This document shows positions 40,201 to 47,519 of a DNA stretch of 64,000 bases, piece after piece; within the stretch, counting starts at the first letter, position 1, and each line of letters opens with the position of its first letter. Below the pieces are notes generated by a model. The model had not been told where the DNA came from, did no database searches, and saw only the letters and a list, made by a program, of their open reading frames with translations. A program made the position numbers and the translations under genes. Source of the DNA: Ktedonobacterales bacterium (GTDB taxonomy: Bacteria > Chloroflexota > Ktedonobacteria > Ktedonobacterales > JADMIN01); NCBI GenBank assembly GCA_035716045.1, contig DASTKI010000157.1:11341-75340 (forward strand), given 5' to 3'.

Positions 40201-42016
40201 CCAGGCGCGCCGACTCTGGACGCTAGGCGTGGAGGCGAAGCTCCAGGACCTCATCACCGCGGGCGCCAAGATCACGTTTGCCGCGCTGGTCCTCATCACG
40301 TTCTGGTTCCAGCCCTGGTATATCGTCTGGCTGCTGCCACTGGCCGCGCTCGCGCGCGAGTCCTTCGTGCGGCGGCAAGGCACGCTGATCTCGATAGGCG
40401 CGCTGCTGACGTACGCCGTGAGCAATTTCCTGCTGATTGGAACCCCAGGCATCGGCCGCGACCTCTTCGTGCAGTTCTTCGAGGCGCTGCTGACCTTCTC
40501 GCCGCTGTTGCTGCTGCGCGCCGCGCCCTACGAAGAGGGCTGGGTCAGTATCGCGCGCCGCTATTGGGGACTCTTCGCCGAGGGCTTCTCACAGCGCCCG
40601 GTCTTCTGGCTGCGGGTGATGCTCGCGCTGGCGATGATCGTCGCCGCGCTGCTGCGGCTGTTGCGGCTCGGCGCGCTCAGCCTCGACCTGAGCGGGGGCA
40701 GCGCCGATGTCAATGCGCTGAAGCAGATTAGCGGCGACCTGCGCGTCTTCCTAGCCGACCCGCAAGGGCTGAATGGCCCCTTCGCGGCGCTGGAAGGGCT
40801 CTTGGTGCGGCTCTTCGGCCCCACACCGCTGGCGGCGCTCTTGCCAAGCGCGATCATCGGCACGCTCACCGTGCTCGTCATCTACGCGCTTGCCATCGAG
40901 ATTCTGCGCCAGACAGGCAGACACGAGCAGCGCGGCGTGGCGCTGCTGGCGGCGCTGCTCACGGCCACATCGAGCTGGCACGTCTCACTGAGCCGGTCGG
41001 GAACCGAGGTCGTGCTGCTGCCGCTGCTGCTCTGCACGGCGATCTGGGCGCTCCTGCGCGGCTTCCATCTGCTGGAGCGCCCGCCACAGGACGTCATCCC
41101 GAATGGCTGGATGCGCTCGACACGGGCGTGGACGCTAAGCCTATTCGCGCTCGCTGGCGTCGCGACGGGCCTGGCGTGTGACCTGGCGCCCGGCGTCTGG
41201 ATTACGCCGCCGCTGATGATTGGCTTCCTGCTCGCTTGGCGATGGCGCCGCCCAGCGCTCTTCGCTCAGATGCGCGCGCCACTCATCGCGCTTGTCACCA
41301 CGTCTGTGCTGTCCGGCCTGCCGGTGCTCTGGGGACTCATCAGCCCGCACGTTGGCTTTTCGGTTGGTAGCCCAGCCTTCGCCCGATCCAGCGAGGCGCC
41401 CGACGTGGAACCATCGCCGCTCGATCCCGCGTTCTGGGCGCGTGTGGGCGCCAACGCGCTGGACGTGCTCAAGCTGCTGGTGACGCAGGATTACAGCGCC
41501 GGATATCCCGCGGTTGGCGCTGCGCCGATCATACCGCCGTACCTGGGCGTGTTCTTCTACCTTGGGCTGGTAATTATCGCCTTCCGCCTGGTCCGCCGGC
41601 ATGATATGACTTCACTGGCCCTGGCGCTGCTGTTGGCGCTGCCGCTGGTTGCGACTGTGGCGGTCAGCGCGCCGGCCAACCTGATCGAAGCGGCCAGCGT
41701 GCTGCCCGCCACCTGCATCGTTCCCGCGCTGGCGATGTACGAAGCGGCGGCGTGGATCGGACGATTGCCCATCGTGCTCGACCGCATGAACGGGGTGCGG
41801 GTGTTTACCACACCGGAGCAGATCGGGCGTATCGCGCTCTTCCTGTTCCTCTCCATCAGCGCGCTGCGCACTTTCTACTGGTACTTCGAGGCCACCTTGC
41901 CAACCACACCAGCGAATACCTTTACCCCGAGCGCGCTCGTGATCCAGACCGGCCTGGCGCTGGCGCGCGCGGCGCTTGACTTGGCGCGCGCGCTACCCGC
42001 GATTCATCTCCCATGA
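37277..42016 (+). CDS. 1579-aa polytopic membrane protein: fusion of about three GT-C-type glycosyltransferase-like modules
   Basis: Module A: WPYRDVPVEYPPAA...FDLAVG...LAALIKGFPIF (GT87/DUF2029-like). Module B: TDLYGYVARGY...SPYGPGW...GNGHNDIVM...GAVIKY (Mpt/PimE-like mannosyltransferase motifs). Module C: LRLLRLGALSLD...LPSAIIGTLTVLVIYAL (ArnT/PMT-like). Hydrophobic helices run throughout. Confidence 0.75.
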   Translation: MNTATDRPPSLMPAPAPAGRARRALRHLRAWRDILRRVVNALEARPGLASGMTLGVWTATRLALLVGVIFGARYADPQFYDYAGKLAAGLWPYRDVPVEYPPAAIALLLLPALPLLLLPGLSGIAPRPDPAFAHLTQIAQLPAPDPVRYGAYGVSFAVELLLLDALTLWLVMYAARRLARRSRRDSELIAAGAGLLYTALTFLSGGVLQKFDLAVGTLLLAAVVALVERRRGLAWALLGLAALIKGFPIFAVPVFALYELEMTGERDVRAALRAAARPILTGLAWLAGVIGAATLGVALFAGWDSVLHTVTYHAGRGAEIESVYAAVALALAWLPGLAAHTAFNPLDLSRVVVSPLTPAEPLEMVSTALLGCALLVALAALWLGWRGRAWRSLADGAAASMDERRRRAGQALALGVTLVTLAFILTFRALPAHYLLDFLPLASLLWLGSRRRTALWLAALVAVGAFGQILVDPSVWRSLVALRPLPVALLVARNLAWLTAAGVLVVALWHDAQTGGTWEDARGASRGSSAKPLRRRLGEAWRRLIASAPPIPGFRPRSEDVFAHLFAQVSPRAAILSAGLVSLICYVGLVGAFPLTIYYNQPHVSPNSSQINDMGAITGYSPIAAISFVVVILLLFGAQFTALLAASRAQREEPGPARRWAVRLIYGAPVIFALIMIWMHPVTTTDLYGYVARGYLSVHFHENPMITAAMGLPGGYTVDRPASPYGPGWLVIAALFSWISGENLLLNMLLFKALEAACVLVALALVDLLAKRLYPERRLRIAVLFGWSPLLFFESVGNGHNDIVMIVCVLAAFALMLRGRSQLAFGFLVVGAVIKYVSAFLVPLWLVYELRHRALTGKLHMDERPPAGLAPRIGWLRRAAGKIINDLDVGAAARLLVPAVVIGATITAAAYAPYWAGIETFTGLGQQLRPLYYNGSIVQFITAPLELFVEPSQYPALDKTVRLVFYALFVIYAAIQARRLWTLGVEAKLQDLITAGAKITFAALVLITFWFQPWYIVWLLPLAALARESFVRRQGTLISIGALLTYAVSNFLLIGTPGIGRDLFVQFFEALLTFSPLLLLRAAPYEEGWVSIARRYWGLFAEGFSQRPVFWLRVMLALAMIVAALLRLLRLGALSLDLSGGSADVNALKQISGDLRVFLADPQGLNGPFAALEGLLVRLFGPTPLAALLPSAIIGTLTVLVIYALAIEILRQTGRHEQRGVALLAALLTATSSWHVSLSRSGTEVVLLPLLLCTAIWALLRGFHLLERPPQDVIPNGWMRSTRAWTLSLFALAGVATGLACDLAPGVWITPPLMIGFLLAWRWRRPALFAQMRAPLIALVTTSVLSGLPVLWGLISPHVGFSVGSPAFARSSEAPDVEPSPLDPAFWARVGANALDVLKLLVTQDYSAGYPAVGAAPIIPPYLGVFFYLGLVIIAFRLVRRHDMTSLALALLLALPLVATVAVSAPANLIEAASVLPATCIVPALAMYEAAAWIGRLPIVLDRMNGVRVFTTPEQIGRIALFLFLSISALRTFYWYFEATLPTTPANTFTPSALVIQTGLALARAALDLARALPAIHLP

Positions 42017-42151
42017 GCTTCCGCGAGCGCTCCGCCCAGCGCGCTGGCGTCATAGAATGACAGAGGCGCGATACCAACCATCTGGACATGCGCCAGCTTG
42101 TGGTACGCCAGTGGCGCCTGGCGCGAGGAGATGTGAGGAGATGAGATCGAG

Positions 42152-42886
42152 ATGACTGTGGATGGGAGCACGACCCCAAGCGCCGCTGACCGCGAGCGCG
42201 CCGCCAACATTGTCGCCACGCTGCGCGAGCTGTATCCAGGCGCCAAATGCTCGCTGGACTTCACGAACCCGCTGGAGCTGCTCGTCGCAACAGTGCTCTC
42301 GGCTCAGTGCACGGATGAGCGGGTTAATATGGTGACGAAGGCGCTATTCAAGAAGTACCGCGCCGCCGACGACTACGCCACCGCCAGTCCCGAAGAGCTG
42401 GAGCAGGACATCAAGCAGACCGGGTTCTACCGCAACAAGGCGAAGCATATCCGTGAGGCGGCGCGGCTGATCGTCGAGCGTCACGGAGGTGAGGTTCCGC
42501 GCACGATGGCGGCGCTGACGGCGCTACCAGGTGTCGCGCGCAAGACCGCCAACGTCGTAATGGGTAACGCGTACGGCATTGTGGAGGGTGTCGTGGTGGA
42601 TACCCACGTCGGGCGCATCGCCCGGCGGCTCGGCCTGACTACGAGCGACGACCCGGTCAAGGTCGAGCAAGACCTGATGGCGCTGCTTCCGCAGTCCGAT
42701 TGGCTCGATCTCTCACACATGCTCATCATGCACGGGCGCGCGATCTGCCAGGCGCGCAAGCCGCTTTGCGCCGAGTGCGCGCTGGCGCCGCTCTGCCCAA
42801 CCGCCCGCGTGGAGCTTGGCCAGCCGGAGGGGGTGAGCGCTGCCCCAGCCGCCGCCAGAGCGCGTCGCGCGAGTAGGGGCGCATAG
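42152..42886 (+). CDS. nth: endonuclease III
   Basis: Motifs: LVATVLSAQCTDERVN, an HhH with LPGVARKTANVV, catalytic D, and the 4Fe-4S cluster C-x6-C-x2-C-x5-C (CQARKPLCAECALAPLC). Confidence 0.9.
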   Translation: MTVDGSTTPSAADRERAANIVATLRELYPGAKCSLDFTNPLELLVATVLSAQCTDERVNMVTKALFKKYRAADDYATASPEELEQDIKQTGFYRNKAKHIREAARLIVERHGGEVPRTMAALTALPGVARKTANVVMGNAYGIVEGVVVDTHVGRIARRLGLTTSDDPVKVEQDLMALLPQSDWLDLSHMLIMHGRAICQARKPLCAECALAPLCPTARVELGQPEGVSAAPAAARARRASRGA

Positions 42887-42979
42887 AGCGCGTATCCACC
42901 TCGCCCGCCTGCCGCGCATGCGATACACTGTTAGGCGGCGCGCTGACGCGCCAGAGAGGCCCAGAAAAGGAGACAATCC

Positions 42980-44563
42980 ATGGCTACAACCGCTGGGGAG
43001 GTCGCAGCGACCGCCATCGCCCCGTTTACGAATGAGCCACTGACCGACTTCACTAATCCCGATAATATCGCCGCGCAAGAGGCCGCGCTGCGGTCCCTGG
43101 CCGCTGGCTTGGGCAAGACCTATCCGCTGATCATCGCGGGCGAGCGGCGCATGACCGCTCAGACGTTCACTTCGACCAATCCAGCGCATCCCGACCAGGT
43201 TCTCGCCACGTTCGCCAAGGCGAGCGTCGCGGAGGCGAACGTGGCGGTCGAGGCGGCGCACAAGCGCTTCAAGACGTGGCAGTATACGCCAGCCGAGGAG
43301 CGCGCTGGCTACCTGTTCGCGGCGGCGAAGCGCCTGCGCGAGCGGCGTTTCGAGTTCAACGCCATCGAGATCTACGAGGCGGGCAAGAGTTGGGTCGAGG
43401 CCGACGCGGATGTCGCCGAGGCGATTGACTTCCTGGAGTTCTATGCGCGTGAGGCGCTGCGTCTGGCCGAGAAGCAGCCGGTGACGCCGCTGCCCGGCGA
43501 AGAAACCTCAGTGTTCTACATCCCGCTGGGTGTGGGAGCCATCATCCCGCCCTGGAATTTCCCCGGCGCAATCATGATTGGCCTGACCAGCTCGGCGCTG
43601 GTAGCGGGCAACACGGTCGTGTTGAAGCCCGCCAGCGCCACGCCGTGGATCGCGGCGACGTTCGTCGAGTTATTGGAAGAGATTGGCGTGCCCTCGGGCG
43701 TGGTCAGCTTCCTGCCTGGCTCAGGCGGCGAGATGGGCGATGCGCTCACCCAGCATCCGCTGACCCGCTTCGTCTCGTTTACCGGCTCACGCGAGGTCGG
43801 CCTGCGCATCAACGAGCTGGCCGCCCGCCCGCGGCCAGGGCAAATCTGGGTCAAGCGCGCCATCCTGGAGATGGGCGGCAAAGACGCGATCGTGGTGGAT
43901 GAAACCGCCGATCTGGACGCCGCCGCTACCGCGATTGTCGCCTCCGCGTTTGGCTTCCAGGGCCAGAAGTGTTCCGCCTGCTCGCGCGCCATCATCGTCG
44001 ACAGCGTCTACGATGCTGTGCTAGAGAAAGCCGTCGAGCGCGCGAAGACGCTGACGGTGGGCGATCCTGATCAGCGCTCCACCGCCATGGGGCCCGTGGT
44101 GGACGCCGCCGCGGAGCGCAAGATCCTGGACTACATCGCGATTGGCAAGGGAGAGGGGCGGCTCGCGCTGGGCGGCGAGAAGCTGGATCGCGAGGGCTAC
44201 TTCATCCAGCCGACGATCATCGCCGATGTCGCCCCCACCGCGCGCATCGCCCAGGAGGAGATCTTCGGGCCGGTGCTTGCGTTCATCCGGGCGAAGGACT
44301 TCGATGAAGCGCTCGACATCGCCAACGGCACGGAGTATGGCCTGACCGGCTCGCTCTTCAGCCGGGACAAGGGGCGGCTGGAGCGCGCCCGGCGCGAGTT
44401 CCATGTCGGTAATCTGTACTTCAATCGCAAGTGCACCGGCGCAATGGTCGGCGGGCATCCGTTCGGCGGCTTCAACATGTCCGGCACAGACTCGAAGGCC
44501 GGAGGGCGTGACTACTTGCTGCTCTTCACGCAGATGAAGTCAGTCGCCGAGAAGATCGGCTAG
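42980..44563 (+). CDS. pruA: L-glutamate gamma-semialdehyde (1-pyrroline-5-carboxylate) dehydrogenase
   Basis: 527-aa aldehyde dehydrogenase. Motifs: ILEMGGKD (Glu), FGFQGQKCSACSR (Cys) and EIFGPVL. The N-terminal region is typical of PruA/RocA. AAGGAG RBS is present. Confidence 0.88.
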   Translation: MATTAGEVAATAIAPFTNEPLTDFTNPDNIAAQEAALRSLAAGLGKTYPLIIAGERRMTAQTFTSTNPAHPDQVLATFAKASVAEANVAVEAAHKRFKTWQYTPAEERAGYLFAAAKRLRERRFEFNAIEIYEAGKSWVEADADVAEAIDFLEFYAREALRLAEKQPVTPLPGEETSVFYIPLGVGAIIPPWNFPGAIMIGLTSSALVAGNTVVLKPASATPWIAATFVELLEEIGVPSGVVSFLPGSGGEMGDALTQHPLTRFVSFTGSREVGLRINELAARPRPGQIWVKRAILEMGGKDAIVVDETADLDAAATAIVASAFGFQGQKCSACSRAIIVDSVYDAVLEKAVERAKTLTVGDPDQRSTAMGPVVDAAAERKILDYIAIGKGEGRLALGGEKLDREGYFIQPTIIADVAPTARIAQEEIFGPVLAFIRAKDFDEALDIANGTEYGLTGSLFSRDKGRLERARREFHVGNLYFNRKCTGAMVGGHPFGGFNMSGTDSKAGGRDYLLLFTQMKSVAEKIG

Positions 44564-44632
44564 TCGTTCGAAGCGAACGACTGGACAGCGCCCCGCGCGT
44601 CCCCTGGAGATGGGAGTCGCGCGGGGCGTTCG
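44562..44632. terminator. pair of hairpins between convergent pruA and the tauE-fusion gene
   Basis: Hairpin 1: AGTCGTTCG-AAG-CGAACGACT (44562-44582). Hairpin 2: CGCCCCGCGCG-N18-CGCGCGGGGCG (44589-44628), followed by TT. No strong U-run follows, so termination is only inferred. Confidence 0.5.
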
Positions 44633-44643
44633 CGCGCCAAGGC

Positions 44644-45966
44644 CTAGTGGCCGAGCAGATAGCTGGCGCCGCGAATCAGCATCTCGACGGCAATCGCGGC
44701 GAGGATCGGGACGAAGAGTTTGCGCAGCGTGGAGTTGCTGAAGCGCGCCAGGGACTTGGCTCCGATCGTCGCGCCCAGCAGCACGCCCAAGGCGATCGGC
44801 GCGGCGTAGAGCGGGTTGATGGCCCCGCGCTGGAAGTAGATGCCCGCGCTGGCCGCCGCGGTGACGCCGATCATGAAGTTGCTGGTGGTCGTGGAGACCT
44901 TCATCGGCAAGCGCATCACGGTATCCATCGCCAGCACCTTGAAGGTTCCGCTGCCGATGCCCAGCAGGCCGGAGATGACACCCGCCAGGCCCATCAGGCT
45001 GAAGCCAGCCGGAACGCGCGTCACCTGATACTCGATTGTGCGCCCAAGCTTCGCATCTGGATAACTCGATGCGAGCGCGAGCCGGTCAGCCCACCGGTCG
45101 TTCTTCACTCCTACCGGGAGCTCCTCGCCGATCTTGATGATGAGCGGTAGCGCGGAGACCAGCAGCACGACGCCAAAGATGATAAACAGCCAGCCGGGCG
45201 CGATGATGATCGCCAGGAACGCGCCAGCGATCGCGCCGGTGGTCGTCGCGATTTCCAGGAACATGCCCACGCGCATGTTCGTGATGTGGTCTTTCACATA
45301 CGCTGCCGCCGCGCCGCTGGAGGTGGCGATCACCGAGACGATCGAGACGCCAACAGCGACCTCAGGGTAGACGGCGAAGGCCAGTGTGAGCAGCGGCACT
45401 ACCAGCACGCCGCCTCCCAACCCTACCAGCGAGCCGATCAACCCAGCGACGATCGCGGCGCCGGCGATGAGCGCGAAGACGCCCAGACTCGGCGGCTGCT
45501 GCGGCTCTACCACGCCGTGACCGAAGACGCTGCCCAGCGCGAGGATGCTGGCGAGCAGCAGCATCAGCACCAGCGCCGTGATTCCGACGTATATCCAGTC
45601 GCGCTCCAGTGCGAAGGCGATGATCGAGACGGCGACGCGGGCGACGGGCGTAGCCAGCAGGATCAGCAGACCAAGGGTGATGATCGCTTCAGGCGAGCCT
45701 GTGGCGAGCGCTGGAATGACCGCGCCGAGTGAGTGGGGATAATTAAGAGTCGCCGCCTCGCCTCCCGGCTGAGGCATCCCGTAATACAGCGCAACACCGA
45801 GCAGGATGACCGCCGCGCTCAGCAGCACGCCGCCACGCAGCACATGGCTGATGATGAGCTCGGCCTGACGCACGAGCGACATTTGACGCGCGCGATCGGC
45901 CTCCGAGCTGTGAGACGCTGACTTCATAACGCTCATGATGTTCTGCTTGTTCCTGACGCTGCGCAC
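44644..45966 (-). CDS. fusion protein: N-terminal DUF1634-like membrane domain plus TauE/SafE-family anion exporter
   Basis: 440 aa. The N-terminal ~140 aa (AELIISHVLRGGVLLSAAVILLGVALYY...) resembles DUF1634. The rest is TauE-like (GLIGSLVGLGGGVLVVPLL...GLLGIGSGTFKV). The start is uncertain (GTG 45966, ATG 45936 or 45927). Confidence 0.7.
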   Translation of the reverse strand: MRSVRNKQNIMSVMKSASHSSEADRARQMSLVRQAELIISHVLRGGVLLSAAVILLGVALYYGMPQPGGEAATLNYPHSLGAVIPALATGSPEAIITLGLLILLATPVARVAVSIIAFALERDWIYVGITALVLMLLLASILALGSVFGHGVVEPQQPPSLGVFALIAGAAIVAGLIGSLVGLGGGVLVVPLLTLAFAVYPEVAVGVSIVSVIATSSGAAAAYVKDHITNMRVGMFLEIATTTGAIAGAFLAIIIAPGWLFIIFGVVLLVSALPLIIKIGEELPVGVKNDRWADRLALASSYPDAKLGRTIEYQVTRVPAGFSLMGLAGVISGLLGIGSGTFKVLAMDTVMRLPMKVSTTTSNFMIGVTAAASAGIYFQRGAINPLYAAPIALGVLLGATIGAKSLARFSNSTLRKLFVPILAAIAVEMLIRGASYLLGH

Positions 45967-46179
45967 GATATATATGATGTCCGCCCTGTGGTCGAAGCTA
46001 TCACTCTTGAAAGAGTATCACGCGGCGCCGTAATACGCTCGCCTTCCATGCCGGGCAGGTGTAGTCCGTTGATGCACCGTTCAGCCGGAATGAGCAGGAA
46101 CGACGACGAACGTTTTGAAGACGCGAGCGGCGGGTGAAGCGCTCTGAACGGCGCATGCGGGCAATGAAGGGAAGATCGA

Positions 46180-46986
46180 ATGGAACCGCGCGAACGGGAC
46201 TATACCGAGGCCAACCGGGCGACATGGAATCTCTGGGTGACGCGCGATACCGCCTCAGATCATCACAAGGATGTGGCGCGCTACCGGGCGACGGGCTCCA
46301 GCCTGCGCCCGATCGAGCGAGCGGAGCTTGGTGATGTGGTGGGTAAGACGCTGCTGCACCTCCAGTGCAACCTTGGCAGCGAGACGCTCTCCTGGGCGCG
46401 TCTGGGCGCGCGTGTCACCGGCGTGGATATCGCGGATGAGGCGATCAATTTCGCGCGGGAGTTGGCGGAGGTGGGCGGCCTGGCAGACGCGGCGCGCTTC
46501 ATTCGCTCGGATGTCAATGACCTGCCCGCCACATTGGATGAGCGTTTTGATATCGTCATCGCTACCTACGGCGCGCTCTGCTGGGCGCCGGATCTCGATC
46601 GCTGGGCGCAAGTCGCGGCGAACTGTGTCGCTCCGGGCGGGCAGCTGCTGCTCGTGGACCTGCATCCTGCTGGCATGGCAGTGGACGCCGATCAGGGCGA
46701 CCCGCGCGGACTGAGCCTGCGTCTCAGCCGGTCATATTTCCACACCGGCGAGCCGCTGACCGAGGAAAAGCCCGGCGAGCCGCCGGTCTACGCCTGGACC
46801 TACGGGCTGGGCGAGGTCGTCTCGGCGGTCGCGAGCGCGGGGCTGCGCATGGAGTCGCTGCGCGAGTATCCCTTCGCTCACTGGCGGCAGTTCCCGCAAC
46901 TGGTGGAGAGCGGCGACGGCTACTGGCGCTGGCCTGACTCCACGAATACGCTGCCACTCCTCTTCTCGCTGCGCGCACGCGGGTAG
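46180..46986 (+). CDS. class I SAM-dependent methyltransferase
   Basis: Motif I LLHLQCNLGSETLSWARLGARVTGVDIADEAI, followed by an acidic-loop and post-I pattern. Confidence 0.8.
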   Translation: MEPRERDYTEANRATWNLWVTRDTASDHHKDVARYRATGSSLRPIERAELGDVVGKTLLHLQCNLGSETLSWARLGARVTGVDIADEAINFARELAEVGGLADAARFIRSDVNDLPATLDERFDIVIATYGALCWAPDLDRWAQVAANCVAPGGQLLLVDLHPAGMAVDADQGDPRGLSLRLSRSYFHTGEPLTEEKPGEPPVYAWTYGLGEVVSAVASAGLRMESLREYPFAHWRQFPQLVESGDGYWRWPDSTNTLPLLFSLRARG

Positions 46987-47003
46987 CAATCAGGGTAGCA
47001 ATT

Positions 47004-47195
47004 TCAGAAGCAGCAGCTATCCTTGAAGCCGCAGTTCGGGCAAATGCTCGCTTTGCCGCCTTTCAGGTCAGGCATGCTGGCGCCACACATCGGGCAGGGC
47101 ATCTCGCGCTCGCTGGCGAAGGATGCTGGCCTTTCCTGGGTATGCTCCATGATGTCCTCAGCCTGTCTCACTTCTTCCCCGCCTGTGTCGTCCAT
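47004..47195 (-). CDS. small zinc-ribbon protein (63 aa)
   Basis: CPMCG-x15-CPNCG, with a C-terminal SCCF. GAGGAAG lies upstream of the ATG at 47195. Confidence 0.5.
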   Translation of the reverse strand: MDDTGGEEVRQAEDIMEHTQERPASFASEREMPCPMCGASMPDLKGGKASICPNCGFKDSCCF

Positions 47196-47349
47196 CTGAG
47201 CTTCCTCATCTTTTCGTTCGCGCGCTCCAAGCGCCTCCCGTCACGCTTACGATTCTACCCCGGCCTCCGCTTGATAGCGAGCGCTAAACAGGAATTGATA
47301 GGCGCTTTTGACGAGCGTTGACGGGCGTTGGCGTGGCATGACCTCGGCG

Positions 47350-47358
47350 TGGTATAAT
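47350..47358 (+). promoter_or_regulatory. extended -10 promoter element TGGTATAAT upstream of nadB
   Basis: TGnTATAAT at 47350-47358. TTGACG-like hexamers lie further upstream (47308, 47318). It sits about 160 nt upstream of the nadB start. Confidence 0.45.
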
Positions 47359-47371
47359 CTGGCCACACGAG

Positions 47372-47392
47372 TTAGTGTATAAAGTACACTAA
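47372..47392. promoter_or_regulatory. perfect 8-N5-8 palindrome TTAGTGTA-TAAAG-TACACTAA (candidate NAD-regulon operator)
   Basis: Direct reading. It begins 14 nt after the -10 hexamer, so it would cover the predicted transcription start region. Confidence 0.5.
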
Positions 47393-47519
47393 ACACGAAC
47401 TCAGGCATAACAGGCCTGGAAGAGGCTGGGCTTCACGACTGGATGGGCGAGCGCGCTGCGCAGCGGAGAGAGCGATCGGGGCATAGTCGCCTCGATGACG
47501 AGCGTGAAAGGAGACCGGC

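Noticed and set aside
45990-46015. ACTCTT-GA-AAGAGT palindrome between the tauE-fusion gene and the methyltransferase gene
   Set aside because: The arms are only 6 bp. It is a plausible operator, but the sequence alone does not distinguish it from chance.
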